Assembly: GCF_036588685.1 (NCBI RefSeq)
Contig: NC_086375.1
Span: 69,316,001 to 69,380,000 of the forward strand
Source: Mytilus trossulus
Taxonomy: Eukaryota
Direction: 5' to 3'
Length of the DNA: 64,000 nucleotides
Shown here: positions 1 through 14,264 of the stretch, piece after piece
Layout of the letters: each line of letters opens with the position of its first letter
How positions within the stretch are numbered: the stretch's first letter is position 1
Notes under the pieces: generated by a model
What the model saw: only the letters and a program-made list of their open reading frames with translations
Told to the model about the DNA's origin: nothing
Database searches by the model: none
Program-made: the position numbers and the translations under genes

Positions 1-3000
1 ATTGTGGTTATTTTTGTATGAACTTGAGATAAATCAGTATCTATTTGTGGTGAACATATATGTAACTGAAATTTAGAATTTAGACTCAGTTTGCATACAA
101 TAGAATTCATGAGGTGGCCACAGAACCTTGTGTCTCATCAGCTTTTATAACTGTTAATAAATCTTAAGGCAAAGACTTTCATGTTTTTTTTATGATGGAT
201 TTCTTGACTATGAGAACGCCATATTCAGATTTGCCAAAGCTAATAACCTGGGTTATCAAATGTTGAAAGTGTCAGAAAACTGTCAAGTTCAGTGAAAAAC
301 TACAGAAAAGTAAAAAATATTATCAAAAATTTAGACAAATAGCACTGTCAAAAAACAGGAGGATCATTTTTTTGGCAGATTTTTTTTAAACTTAGATGTT
401 TTAGGACTGAAATAAAATGGCCACCAGAAATTTGAAAATACTCCTGTGTAAATTTTCATGAATCGATATGGTCACATACTAATTACTCAGTGTACCATGC
501 AAACCTTACGGTAAAGAGGACTTATCACACAAGCACAAACTTTATGATGGTTTTCGGCTTTTTAGACAAATATCATGAATATGGATTGAAAAAACTTTTT
601 CACATACACTAGATTTTAGAGTTCTTAACCAAATTATTAAATTTATTTCAATTTCATAAACAAGTATCCAACTATATATAATCTATAATAACTTGAATAA
701 GGGATGAACATTTGACCCAATCATTTTGGAGTGGGGTTGTTCTTCAAATTTCAGTTAAGGATAATAGTAATGCTCCATGTTTCATTGCCACCACCAAAGT
801 GAATTCTGCATTATATACAGGTGTAAATTAAAACTTTTTATATATATATATTGAACTATATTAAAGACAACGTAAAGAAAACTGTCAACATCTAAAAATT
901 CTTTATAGACTTGTATATAATCATAAACTGGTTTATTCATTTTGTCATCAAATAAAATAGTACATGTTAAGCTTTCAAAGTGTCCAAAACGAAGGGAAAA
1001 AAACACGAGTCAGTCCTCAGCTCTCTTTTTTATTTTACAAGCTACAAATGTAGATGACAAAAATGAGCATGTCAATCATATATACATATTATTTTGACTA
1101 TTAATGAGATTTTGTGTATTATATTATATAAATATCACACCAAAACATAACAATGTTACACTAAACCACTACACTAAACAATGTGATGGAGACAGCATAC
1201 AAAAGTGATGGCTGAATTGTACTTTAGAATCATTTGTCTATTTAACACTACATAGGAATGTAAACCATCGAGTTTTTGTTGTTTGTCCAAAATTCCTTAA
1301 CCATGTATGTAAATTCTTTTTACTTGTACAGTAAATTGAAACACTGAGCACCATCCCACAATTTAGTTATTAGGTAGCCTTCATTATAACAAAGTTCTTC
1401 AGCTCCATTGTCTCAAATATTGACTGGCATATTTCAAACCTTGCACCTATAGCTGACTAAGTGGTACAGACCTGAACTCACAAGAATTTATGGAGTTCCA
1501 TGGTATAATAAATTGAAGGACCACTCCATGTCACAAAAATAAAATAAGAGTATGTACTTATTCTACTTAAGCTTATACATAGCTTTTACATGTAAAATAG
1601 TGTTTTTTTCTTATTTTAACAACATATGCAACGAAAAGTCCATAAATTTAAGTGTTTGAAGGTTGATATTGGCATGTTAAACTAGTTTATATCGCCACCA
1701 CTTGAATAAACAGCACATGCCTTTTTTGAAAAAAAAAAAAGTTCTTAAAGGGTGGAAGTTTTTAATAAAATGTTTTTACAAATAAATCTAACTTTACTGA
1801 CCTTAGCATTTGTTCATTCTTGGGACTTGGAGAAATTTAATTAGTAAGGTTATCCTTAATTTTATTGAATAAGTTGTGTCCAGCAAAGAACCAATTAAGA
1901 TGAAGCCAACAACATGCTGGGCTGGAGCCAATCTCCAAACCAGTACTACAAAGACCTCACACTTTTTCAAGTTTTTTAATAATTCAATTAAATCTTATTG
2001 GGCCAGTAAAGTACATGTATATCTTGATAAAGTAATCTGGGTGATTCTGGTTTGTAGGCAATGAATGTTTAGCTTACAGACTGCCAAATACCTGTACAAT
2101 GACAGAAATGATGTATTTTAGTCTGCTTAGTTGGTAGGATCTGAATAACTTTAGTACAAGTGTACATGAATACAATCGAAAACAAATATTTTACAGTAAC
2201 CAGGAGTGTCTTTAACAGAATTTATACTCATCAAATGCACTAATTTTAACTTTTTACAAAGAATTTCAATTTTCCAAAGCACCTGAAACTACTCATAGAA
2301 TACATTAATCATGGTTTTACAATGCAATAATTTACTTTTCAATAAGCCATGCATTGAAGTTTTGAATATATAAATTCTAAGAAATGAAAAAATATGCAGA
2401 GGATGTAAAAATTTGTATTTTAAAGATAATAAACTTGCAGACATGTCTCTTCTAAATCTGGTTGCAACCTTCATGAAGATTTTTATTTGAATGTTCTTGA
2501 AATCAGTACGCTCAAAAATATATTGCTGTAGGTTGGCTTTCAAAAGATTTTGGCAGACAACTGGTGATTATAATTGCTTGATCTTAAATCTGTATGTATG
2601 AAGCCTGGAAAAGCCATCTTTGTGATGGCCTGTCTTGTAATCTCTCAAAAACAGATTTAACATTAAAGTAATTTTCTATCCATTATAATACCAAACATGA
2701 GGCTCCAAGGAGACTGAATTTCTCATCTGGATTATACACATACCAAATACTCAAAACAAACAAACTGTTCGCATGGACCATGGTAGCAGCCATGCTCAAC
2801 ACAAGTTGGGGTTTCAAAATCTTGCTCAATGTGAATCAAAATTTAGTTTGTTAGACTGAATGTTAGGTTGTAATTCTAAATTTTTTTAAATTTTGAACTT
2901 AAATATTTTAGTGCATTCTCCAATGTAAAGACCACGTTTGTAAGTTTTTGTGGTCAGTAACCACAGTAATACCATTCATTCAGATTAGTTAAAGCGTTTA

Positions 3001-3932
3001 CAAAAGTTTTTGAAATTTTCATAGAAATATTAGGCAGAAAATTACAGTGGGTCAGGAAAACCTCAACTCATATTTTTTGGCCTAGTTGAAGCTATAAATT
3101 CTTAATATTTTCAAAAATAAGTGAGCTAATGGTTGACATAAGTCCTTAAATGAAGATTGTGGCATAGATTTTATCTTACAAAACCTAAGGGTAGTATCAT
3201 TTGTTAAATCAAATTTTGTGATAACAAGTGAATTAATAAAATGTTTTTTTACTTCATGTATTTACAAGTATAGAACGTTAAAACTTGAATCAAAAGTCCA
3301 ATTAAATCTGCCAATTTGACCAATAGAAATGAATTTTCATTGAATCTATCAAGGTATGATTTTTAGGGGTTCAAAAGGCAAAACATTTCTGGTCCTCAAA
3401 CTCCTGTTCCCGCATTTGGTTACCTCATTTGGTTACCTCTCAGGTAAATTCATGCCAACTTATTTGATAAACACTAACAGTTGTCTGTTCTCAAGGTTTT
3501 AAAATTTTGATATATGGAAAACTTATTTGAGGTTTGGTTCAATAACTAAAATATAAAGCAGGATATTATTTTTTGGGACTTTCCTACAAATTTATTCCAA
3601 AAGGTCAATCCTGCAGTCCTACCAGCTGATGTTTGAAATGAAAATATCTTTGTCAAACATCCTGATTACAAGTAAGAACAAAAATTATGTTCTCAGATGC
3701 TGTGAGAGATCTTCAAAATATATCCACATTTGTACATTTATAACTTATTCTTTTAAAATACTAGCTACATATTTTCTTTTTTAACCTTTCACACAAAGAA
3801 GCCAATATTAGTACAATCAAACCAATCTTTCCCCTTTATAACCGTACACTAGGAAACATTTTATTTTTACTTTTCATTAGTACAATTCAGCCATCATTTT
3901 TGTGGAGAAAAGCATTAAATGACAATATATAC

Positions 3933-3978
3933 CCATGATTGCGTCACCGTTTGATTCTTCGGTCATCATGTGCTGCAT
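3933..3978 (-). CDS. Putative first coding exon (isoform B) of an unidentified gene continuing beyond the left window edge; MQHMMTEESNGDAIM + phase-1 donor
   Basis: Minus strand reads tttaag|GTTAAC (acceptor, exon starts 4062). An in-frame TAA lies upstream of the ATG at 3978, followed by 15 codons + G and a GTATAT donor. The segment is a GC-richer island in AT-rich intron-like DNA. Confidence 0.5.
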
Positions 3979-6900
3979 CTGTTCTGGGGTGCCTACAACG
4001 AGTGAAGGTTGATGATGATAGGATAATGATTAATGATGTGAGTATATGAAGGAGGAGTTAACCTTAAATCAAAATAAATCATATGGTAATGAGCAAATAA
4101 AGCCCCAATAAGCTAACATGGTCTGAAAATATTAAACATGGAGAACCATTTTGATCCATGTACATACTGTAAGTTTAAAATGAATGTGTGCATTTATTAA
4201 TGTGCATCTTTTTATAATTGTTATGTTGTAGAAGAATACAATTGCAAGTACATTGTAAATGACAATATTTCAGGTATTTTATATACACATTACATTTTCC
4301 CTCTAATAAACCAAATATAATTGTAATTTTCTAAACCCATGAATCTTGAAATTAGTACATTTTATAAAATTGAATTCTGAATGTATTTATTCATCTCTCT
4401 TGAAAGACTATTGGTGAAAAATCTACTGTTAGTTTGAGTGTCTCTGACAACATACATAAAATGATAATATTGTCAATATTTCCGGTAATTATACAGTTTA
4501 GAAGAACCTGTTTTTTGTATTCTTCTACAACATTTGTAACTGTTTTTAATCTTATAATATAGCATTTGACACTAGTATTAAAATACTTAAATTAAACAAA
4601 AGGTACATCTATTCAAATCAAATCAACATTACTGATTATTCAAAGTATTTTTTTTTTTATTCAAATTTTGTTCAGCTTAAAGAATAAGAGATTATGAAGA
4701 GCCAATGCATGCTTCACCTAAGGTCACTTTAAATACTTTCACATTGTCACAAAAGTACAAATACTGAATTGTCTTGCCTGCTTTATTCAGATCATTAATG
4801 GATTCAAAGTGCAAGAAAAAAAACCCCACAAAAACAGAACAATAAAGGTCAAGGTCACATGAACTCTGCCTGAAGGACATGTGCACCTAACAATCATTCC
4901 ATACACCCAAATATAGTTGACCTAACATTTATCTACAATATCTCTTTATTCTGATATATGGACATAACCAGGAAAACTTAACTTTGACCAATGAACCAGG
5001 GTCAAGGTCAGCCAAACTGCCAGATATACATGTGCACTTAACAATTACATTGTATTCCACATCCTATATATATTTGACATATTGCCTTTAGAATCTGAGG
5101 TATAAAATTGACCACAAAAATAGTAACCTTGATCCAACATAAAGACCTTACAAGGTTCATATAAAGCACTATTATTTATCTCTATACAAATAGTTTGCAC
5201 TGTTCAATGCCACCAGATTAGCATCCCTATGTGTTGCATTTACTACAAGTTAAATATCCCAAAAAATTATATATCTGACACATTTGGTTTTGAATTTACA
5301 GTTTATAGTCTGAAGTTCAACAATCAGACAACAATGATTCATTGATTGAAATACTATAAATATAATTTCTGTTTTTAATATTTTGTTTATCAGTTTACAA
5401 AACCTAGCATCAATGCCGCCATCATGTTTAGTAATGAACTATTCAACATGGTAAAGATCATTCTTGGTCAGTGAAGAAAATCCTAATTGGAAATATTCTT
5501 AATTTCAAACATGACCCTAAAATTTTTAATGTAAGATGGGTTTCATGTTCAAAATATTCAGACCAGTGTTAGCTCATAAATAATAATAAAATAATAATGC
5601 ACACAAACTATTCTCTAATCTCTCTTTAAATCTACATGAAAATAAAATAAATATAACAGTACCCTCACTTGTTTAACTTGTCTTTTATTTTTAACTTTTT
5701 ATTAAAACTCTGGCTACCAAGCAAAGATCACCAAATGCATGCTATTTTTCTGATAAAATTCACCAACACTGAATGAACAAAAATACATTCCACTAATGTG
5801 TCAACCATACATGTATATATACCAATTTGGATATAGTAAGTATAAGATACATTCATGTACAAATATTTAAGGCGGTACCCTAGTTGGGTGTATCTAGTTT
5901 ACACCAAGTTTTTATCGGTTAGATGAGGAACTTTCAGCAATCTGTCTTTTTTTTAAAGTGTAAAAGCATGATTGATGCAGGATATTCAATTTCTTCAAAT
6001 GACAAAATCCATTATATTTTTTACTAAAATTTAAACTAATTTTACATGAACAAGATTATATGTATGCTTCTATACAATGTAGCATATCAACTCATCTGAC
6101 ATCAAAAGATAAAGCACAGGTGAAAAGATCAACTTGTATACCAGCTAAAACATTACCGTCTATTTCCCCCTTTAACACAACAAAACTTGTTCATTTCGTA
6201 AAAACTAAACAGAATTTCAGATATCTGTTGAGATCTCCGCACTTGAATTATTTCTATTAGATATTTCCTTTTTCAATAAATATTAACTGCCATATGTTGA
6301 AACTTTCATAAGAAATACTTTGAACTGAACACTATTTTATAAATCAATTTCCTATTGTACATGTAGGTTAAGATTTTTTATAAAATTTTCATTGAGAAAT
6401 CATATATTAAGTACATTTAATGTATACTAAATTAACATGTGATGTACATGTAACATGTGATGAGTAGTATGTTTTACAAATATACTCATTTTTAAAACAT
6501 CACTTCATTTACACATGATCAAATCCTTGAATCACACGAACTATCTTGTTAATGAATAATTTCAGAAAAACAAAGTTATGGCTATGAATGTTTATAACTT
6601 TTTAAAATACATGTATATTAAGTTAACCAATGGAACCAGATTATTTTTTATAGGAATGTACATTGTATGTCTAAACTGATGGTCCAAAATCTATGAATAT
6701 GTAATTATTTCAATAGGATTTATGTCCAATAATAAAGTAATTATAAAAAAAAATATTGGTTTAGAAATAAATTCAAATCTATAAGTACATGTAGAATAAA
6801 TATATGTTACATGTACCATGTACTTGCATGTAGGAATGTTTTAGTAATTTACTAAATTTGTTATTTCAACAATTTTTTTTAAGAATATGTATTAAAAAAC

Positions 6901-8320
6901 AACCACATAAAGTGTAATACATTGTACATGTACATCTATCAAGATTGATTCAACTTAAACAAAACATTAGTAAAATGTTTTCATTTTTAGGGTGGATCTA
7001 CCTCACAAGTACATATAATAATGTATGTTTACATGTATATGTATGTACTATAGAATGTACACTTCAGTAAATCAATGTTGAAAGCAGAAAACTAATTGTA
7101 CAAATCTACTGTGTAATTAAGAATTTATATTTATAACACTTAGGTACAACAATAACCAACTGTGAAACTATTTTGAAAGATTTCATCAGTAATGTTACCA
7201 TTATTTATATTGTGCAACTCCCACACAACCTAGTGTGTACAAGTACAATGTAAAGCGTAAATTTCTGATTTATTTTGGAAGGTACAGTTGTATGAAACTG
7301 CGTCATTGAAAACATTCCTGACTTCTGATTATATGAATTTAATAAATTAACTAGATTGAATCTATAAAAAAAATTGTGACACCTTCCACAAATTTTGGTG
7401 GATGTGGAACACTATGCCACATTTTGCACGCCTTATAATGTGTATTACTTTACTCTTATAATTATTGGATAGGTACAATGTACCTGTATACAGTATAATT
7501 GATTTATTCAAAAGTAAGTTTATTCCTAAGGCAACTTGGTGGAGACCTAATATACTTAACAGGGTTTATCTAATCATTATACATCATACATGTACATGTA
7601 CATGAATCCACTTTATCTTACATTATAAACTCTTTATACAGAGATATATAATATCTAAGATGTCTTGGCTGCTTTCAACAAAATTTTAAGAAAAGTCATA
7701 GCAGATTACCATTTGTTGAGGAGTACCATTACCTACTAGTAGGAGGTACCTTTCCATGTATTCATAAAAAAATCTGAATTCTGGAGGTACTGAGTCTGAT
7801 GTAGGGAATATACTGTGTATAGGCATAATCATTGATATACTATATTTTTATGAGGTACTGATATACAATTTATGCTTTTGAAGGGCTCATTACCATGATT
7901 ACATATGTACCAGTTGGACTTAATCCACAAGGAAATAAAAACTTCCAACTGTACAGAAAACAAAATATTTTAGCCTTTCAAATTGTACCAATTAAAAATT
8001 TAGTTAATGGATTAAGACCAGACATAGACTGATATATATGAAATCAGATTATCCACTAATGCAAATGAATTCCAAATATCTGATCCAATAAAAAACTTTA
8101 ACATTTAAAATAAGGCAAAATAATCTCCATGGAAATCAGATCCAGCTACATGTATTTGAATGCATCTCCATTGGTGTACCAAATATAATTGACTTTATAA
8201 TAACTGATTTCTGTTACAAACTGTAGTCAGTAAAATTTAACATGGAAAATATTCAAAAAAAAAATAAAGTCTAGAACCATGAATGAGGTGCTAAATAATC
8301 TCTTAGAGGTGTCCTGTGGC

Positions 8321-8405
8321 GTTACTTCTACAGCAGTTGCATATGCATTAGAACATGTGCACTGTACACATGTTCTTAAACATTTGCAACTGTTGCAGAA
8401 GTAAC
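8321..8405. repeat. Near-perfect 85-nt palindrome/hairpin (mini-MITE or pre-miRNA-like)
   Basis: 5' arm gttacttctacagcagttgcatatgcattagaacatgtg pairs with 3' arm cacatgttcttaaacatttgcaactgttgcagaagtaac: ~40-bp stem, very short loop. Confidence 0.75.
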
Positions 8406-9574
8406 TCTCTCTTATTTATAATGCTGATATGATGAGAAAATTTTCTAAGAAAAAAAAGTCTTAGTTTTGACAAAGTTATCAGTTAAAAGGTAATAACCTG
8501 GTTCATACTACCTACTTATAAGGGCATTGTATGGTAGTGGTAAGTATCCATTCATCAATAGTGTATACCTATAAATTATTCCCAACATTTAAAGATTACA
8601 TAATGGTAATCAACATCAACAAAAAAAACTCAAGAATGTTAAGCATACATCAAAGACAATCAGAACTGGTATTTCCAGAATCATCAAAGAAAATGTAATA
8701 TATGACATTGAAATAAAGTTGCTACATTATGATACACACATTATAACTAATCAATACATTTTACAAAATGTAATAGCCTTTATTACTTACAATATACATA
8801 TGGTTCAGCAAAAGAAGACATCTCCCCTATTTGACCAGAAAGAATGAACTCTGAACTGAATGGATGCATCATCTACACACAACAATATCCTTCAAGCTAT
8901 CTAAAGCAGCTGACAGATGTGTAATGAATAATAACTACACATACCAGATAGATATAGATGTAAGTAAAGCCCTCCCATCTTTATCTATCATCTAATTATC
9001 TATGTTAATAATGATGATATGTAGAAACTATATCTATGGGTAGTTACCTCAGGGGACATTAGAGCTTGGTAACCCAACACTTTACACTGACATTCGTCAC
9101 ACTTCACTGATTTTAACATGTTTGTTGGAAGTTGAGTGTTTTAATAAAAATATTTCAAGTTTGACAGGATGAAAATAATACCATCAATGTGTATGGAGGA
9201 TGATTAAAATTCCTTTTAAAGAAAATATTTCCCCTGGTTAAGTTAGGACCATGGTTTAAAACACCCATGGACACACAGATAAACACATGTAAACTTGTCA
9301 ACATATGCTTGTCTCAGCAGTTCTAACAATCCTGAATTACAACCATATAAGGCTTCAAAATAAGTTGAAGCACCTACAAATAAGTCATTCAAACATCAAT
9401 ACAAAATTATTAATTAAAAATGATGTTATGAAGTAAATAAAAGGACTGTATGACACGTATTCATTTTCCTCCATTCCCAATAGCAACGGTAAATTTTCAA
9501 CGTTGATTTCAAGGTGTTCGGAAGTGAAAATGAAAAAATAAAAGCATGAAAGGTTAAACCGTAAATTGAAATAC

Positions 9575-9671
9575 CTCTCCAGACGTTAAAACTCATGTAA
9601 TCTTGGGTTTCAGTCATTGGCTCGTCCAAATTATTAAGACCAGGAGACCGATGAAGGTCAAGAAGGGTCAT
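9575..9671 (-). CDS. Putative alternative first coding exon (isoform A) of the same unidentified gene; MTLLDLHRSPGLNNLDEPMTETQDYMSFNVWR + phase-1 donor
   Basis: ATG at 9671, 32 codons + G, then AG|GTATTT donor. Lies in a GC-richer block (9575-9950) just downstream of a promoter-like region. Same splice phase as the 3933-3978 exon. Confidence 0.5.
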
Positions 9672-10074
9672 TCTACAACTGTGTCAGACGAAAGAGAAGT
9701 TCCAAGAAGTTGACGTGTTCTTTGATGAAAGTCGACCACTCTCTCCGTTGTTGACCAAAGCTGTTTAGACCTATCCCGTCTCTAGTCGCACAAGGGTCTG
9801 TTTGTGTGTGCCAGAGCCGGTTAGTGAGAACGAATGCCCGGATTGGTGGCTTTCAACACATGTTTATACATGCATGCCTCCACTTGAAATCGATGTATGC
9901 CAGCTTGTCATGTGAATACATCGCCGATACGAGGCGAGTTAATCCTTCAAACAATTGCAAATTCCACAAATAAATAGTTCAATCATTAAATTTAATATCT
10001 GAGGCATTAAATGTAAGAAACGACTAAGAAATAAGACACCTCTCGAAAAATTTCAAGGCTAGTCAATTTCCTAC

Positions 10075-10600
10075 CGGCTGTCAATTTGCAGCCATATTGA
10101 TCCCGATCGTCTGTGCAATTTTGCTGTTTATATTAAATAATCATGTAAAAATGCTGACCTGCACCTTGGTTTGATCTCTTAGGTACCCCATTATCTATTT
10201 CTGTGTCCAATGGCCTTTTTCTTGAGTCGGAAGTGTCCATGTCAGTGCCATTCATGCCGTCGTAATTCATCGCCATTTTCCACTTCGTTCAGTTCTCGTG
10301 GGGTAACGTTTTGTATACAGTCAATGTCACGAGATTTGGTCAAGCGGAACAGCTAGATAAATATTGCTTATTTTTATATGAATTACAATTATTTCACTTG
10401 TGTTTTATAAAAAGTACCGTTAGGTTTATAATCGGTACCCGAAAGGTAAAGAAAGTATGCACGAATCTATCTATTTCCTAAGATATCCGATTACACATAA
10501 CAATGTCAGAGCCACGCCCCCCAAATCCACGTGTTGAACTGTCAAACTGACATTTAAATTGTCAAAACATTCGGCAATACACAATTTACACATTTGCGCA
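10075..10600. promoter_or_regulatory. CpG-richer promoter/TSS region (probably bidirectional), including a short non-coding first exon on the minus strand ending at 10075
   Basis: Minus-strand AATATGGCTGC (10088-10098) followed by CCG|GTAGGA donor. ETS-like CGGAAGTG (~10228), YY1-like CGCCATTTT (~10271), Sp/KLF GC box GCCACGCCCC (~10510), E-box CACGTG (~10528). Confidence 0.55.
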
Positions 10601-11614
10601 TGTTACAGTTTGGATGCTTTATCAACTTTAGAGATATGATTGATAAACCCAATAAATATGTTTGAAGGTTGGAATTATTTATATTATATATATTTTATGT
10701 TATTAAACGCTAAAAAGTTTGACGGAAATAACAAAAATTATATAAATAAATTAATAAACAAAAATCGTTTCCTCTCTATTAAATTCAATAAATAAAATAA
10801 AAGTGAATTAATAAGATGAAATAAATGATGATAAATTAAGCAAATACACAAAGCCAATTATTCAATTAATTTTTTATATCAATTTTTTTCAATGTTTCTA
10901 AACTTTGTGCCGTCTACAGCGTAAACATCGATCATGGGAACATACTGTTATCTTGGGGGAAATTCTGAATTAAGCCAATACATGCAGGTATATCCTTATC
11001 CAAGATGTTTTTACACAGGGACCCTGTAATATGAAATTGGATAATGTATATTGTTTCAAAGACATTAAATTTTATATATCGTGAAAAAAATGTAATTATT
11101 TTTTGGGGGCAACCATAGCCATGTGACACAAAGCCTTAATTCATATTGAAGATTTTGTTAATACTCTTTTGCTTTTGCAGGACATTGAATGATGAAGGCA
11201 AATCAAAAGATCGACATGTTGGCGTAAGATGTTACAATATTTCGATGTACAACACCCGCACCCGAAAAGAATACTACTGAAAAACCTGGGTGGTGAACTT
11301 TAGATATAAATCATTATAAGAATAAGGAGCTGAGTTTTATTGCCAATGAGCCAATCATAGTCCAAACGAGGAGAATAAAATATTGGTCACCGTACGAAAT
11401 TCAACAATAAGCAAAACCAAAATCAATACATCATACAGTCCCTTTAAAAGCCCTCGCCATGACAAATGTAATACAATTCAAAGAAAAAACAAACTGATGG
11501 CCTGATTTACGACAAAAACAATATACGAAGCGGATGTGTCTCAGATAGAATAACATAAGAACAAACTGAAATCAATTTGAAAAGGCCTAACGCAACAAAC
11601 TGGTACAAAAATAA

Positions 11615-11885
11615 ATAAGAAGACATGTGATATGAGTGCCAATGAGACATCTCTCCGTCAAGCCTCAATGTATAAAAAATTAACAAGAAAGGTCAACGTA
11701 CCGATCTCAACACAAAGCCTGAGCTCACACCGAACAGTAAGGTATAAAAGACACCAACATGACTAGTGCAAAACAAAGTAAACATGAAAACCAACGGTAT
11801 ATAATTTATTTATATGATATAAAGAGCCGTGACAAATATGAACCACACCAACAAACGACAACAACCGAACAACAGGCTCTTGACT
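11615..11885 (+). repeat. Copy of an abundant interspersed repeat (core AAGATGTGGTATGATTGCCAATGAGACAAC)
   Basis: Core motif recurs, in either orientation, at about 11325, 11620, 18060, 18420, 20490, 22960, 27905, 31865, 48240, 49125, 53980, 60775 and 61065. Confidence 0.7.
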
Positions 11886-12009
11886 TAACAAAGCACTAAA
11901 ACAACTAGCATAAAGCTACATACACACATATTACCAACCCAAGTGTACTCGCATTTACTGGAACCTACTACATGTAGTACTCGAGTATCAATCATTACGC
12001 ATCCAACGG

Positions 12010-12188
12010 ATTTACAGCCGATTTCACTGAGTGTGTAGGCAAAGGTAATATTTTTGGTTGGCTTGCTTGCTAGCTGAACCGTGAAGTCATTATTAGATAA
12101 GGTATACTACCCTCCTTTTGAAGTAGCAAGCAAGCAAACCAAAGATATTACCTTAGGCTATACACTCAATGCAATCGGTTGTAATGTT
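12010..12188. mobile_element. Palindromic MITE-like element
   Basis: aaggtaatatttttggttggcttgcttgcta is inverted by tagcaagcaagcaaaccaaagatattacctt; the outer arms (ttacagccgatttcactgagtgtgtagg / ctatacactcaatgcaatcggttgtaa) are also complementary. Confidence 0.65.
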
Positions 12189-13238
12189 AAAGACATGCAG
12201 TCTGAGATAAACATGAATTTGTGTAATGCTAACATACCAGTAAATGGTATCGACAGGATGTAAGAACACAAGTTTTCAAAACTGTATAGCAGTACAGATC
12301 AGTTCATATAAGAATCTTGAAGTCTATAAAAATAATGAGCCTCACATTACTTTAAACATTTGAACGTGGTTTTTTTTCAAATAAAATACAGTTGCAATAA
12401 TGCTATGGGAGAAAGTGATATAACCTTGTGCCTTCTTTGACATAAATTTCTAACCTCAGTTTAAAAAGGGTCCGTGTTGCTCTTGCTTTGGTTTTCAGTT
12501 TTTTACTAAGTACTTTTTGATTTACTAATATCAGCAATGCTTTTACCGGGAACAGTTATGTCTATCCTTTGCTCACACATCATTTTCAATATAATGGAAT
12601 TTGATGCCACTGTCATACAAGTGAGAGATATAGCTAGCTATAAACCCACTAATTTCTACAAAAGTAAATACATGTACAAAGTCAGGAATATGACAGTTAT
12701 TATATAAATGTTTTGTTTGAGCATTTAATGTTGCCATTCCTCGGAGTTCAGTATTTTTGTGATTTTACTTTTTGAAATGAAAAATGTGTTTCAATTAATA
12801 AAAAGTTCACGATAAGTTCACAATTAACTTCATGTTATACTTATAGTGTTAAAAAAATAACATGACAGACCATGGTTTGCGAATTTGGTTACTAGTATGT
12901 TTTGGAGTGTGATAATAGTCTGTTATTCAGTGGTTGTTGATTTCTTGCTGTTTTCATTTAGTTCGATTATAAGAAGACAGCTGTTTATGGTAAGTATAAA
13001 GACCTGGACGTCCGGAGCTTAGTTCTTGTCGGTTTAGCAAGTACTTATCCTATTCTAATCTCTGGCTACAAGGTAATCTGTTACTTTGTCACACATGATG
13101 TGCCGTGATTCTTGTTGCTTCGTTTGTACCCGTTTCCATTCTAGTTAACAGATTTTTTGTTATATTCTTAATTAATTTTAGGTACTAGTATTTATTGCTT
13201 TTTTTCAGTTAACATTACCATATGTACTATTATATTAT

Positions 13239-13731
13239 TAGGACCCAATCGAATGGGGGGGGGGGGGGGGGGGGCGTGGGGGCGCCCTTTAGTGGTCAAT
13301 CTGCCCGTCTGTCTGTCCGTCCGTAGTAAATTGTGTCTTCTCTATATCTAAAGAACCGTTATGATTTCAAAGTTTACACTTGACATGTCTATTAACCAAC
13401 ACAAGAGGGTGTGTCATTATGTAAATACCCCTTTCTAGGTCAAAGGTCCAGGTCAAAAACTTTTAGTTGATAACCCCATGTTCTATGTGAAGGTTGTGTC
13501 CACTTTATATTTTGAAAACCGTTATGATTTCAAAGTTTATACTTGACATGTATTTAAACCAGCACCAGAGGGTGTGGCATAATTTATGAACAACTTCCTA
13601 GGTCAAAGGTCAAGATAAACACTTTTGTTTCAGTTGACAACCTCATGTCCAATGTAAAGATACATTTTTTTACCACACATTATTTACAGCGGGTCACACA
13701 GAGATAGCTCTTATCTCAATGATATCTAGTT
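13239..13731. mobile_element. HINE/Helentron-like non-autonomous element with GTCY microsatellite and two ~163-bp tandem units
   Basis: Terminal GC-rich stretch/hairpin, then (gtct/gtcc)n. The unit aaccgttatgatttcaaagttta starts at ~13354 and ~13517. Ends in ctagtt. Confidence 0.6.
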
Positions 13732-14264
13732 TATTTATGTATTTCTCTGTAGTGAGTGTTGTTGCATTTAATTGTTCTTTATTCCTATCATTTAACGGCG
13801 CGAGGTTTGGATAGCCTAAAAACCAGGTTCAAACCACCATATTTTTTTATCTAATAGTTCGTTTCTATGTATGGTGCATTGTCGTGTTTTTTGTTTCCCT
13901 CGGCTTTAGTCACAATTTCTTGTCTCAGAAAAAAATAGTTCGGTTTACCTTAATACATCAACACGTATATAGGAATTATTTTTACTGAGACAAGTGCCTG
14001 TGGTTTTAGTTTGTAACACGGATTTTTTTTCTCTCAATCGATTTATGACGTTTTAACAGCTGTATACTACTGTTGCCTGCATACTGCAATACCCTGACCT
14101 CAAACCTTCTCACTGTTGAGTAGCAGTAGCGGGCTTGTGGTAAGTCGTTAAACAAAAAAGGAAAAAGATCAGGTTCGTAGACTGATCCTTGTGGTACTCC
14201 CTATTTTACTGTCAACTCAGTCAATCTTATGATTCACATCTCATTTCTGGCCACCATTTCTTGT

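Noticed and set aside
14160-14220. Minus-strand GVPQGSV motif
   Set aside because: Tiny LINE RT remnant, too short to annotate as a separate element.
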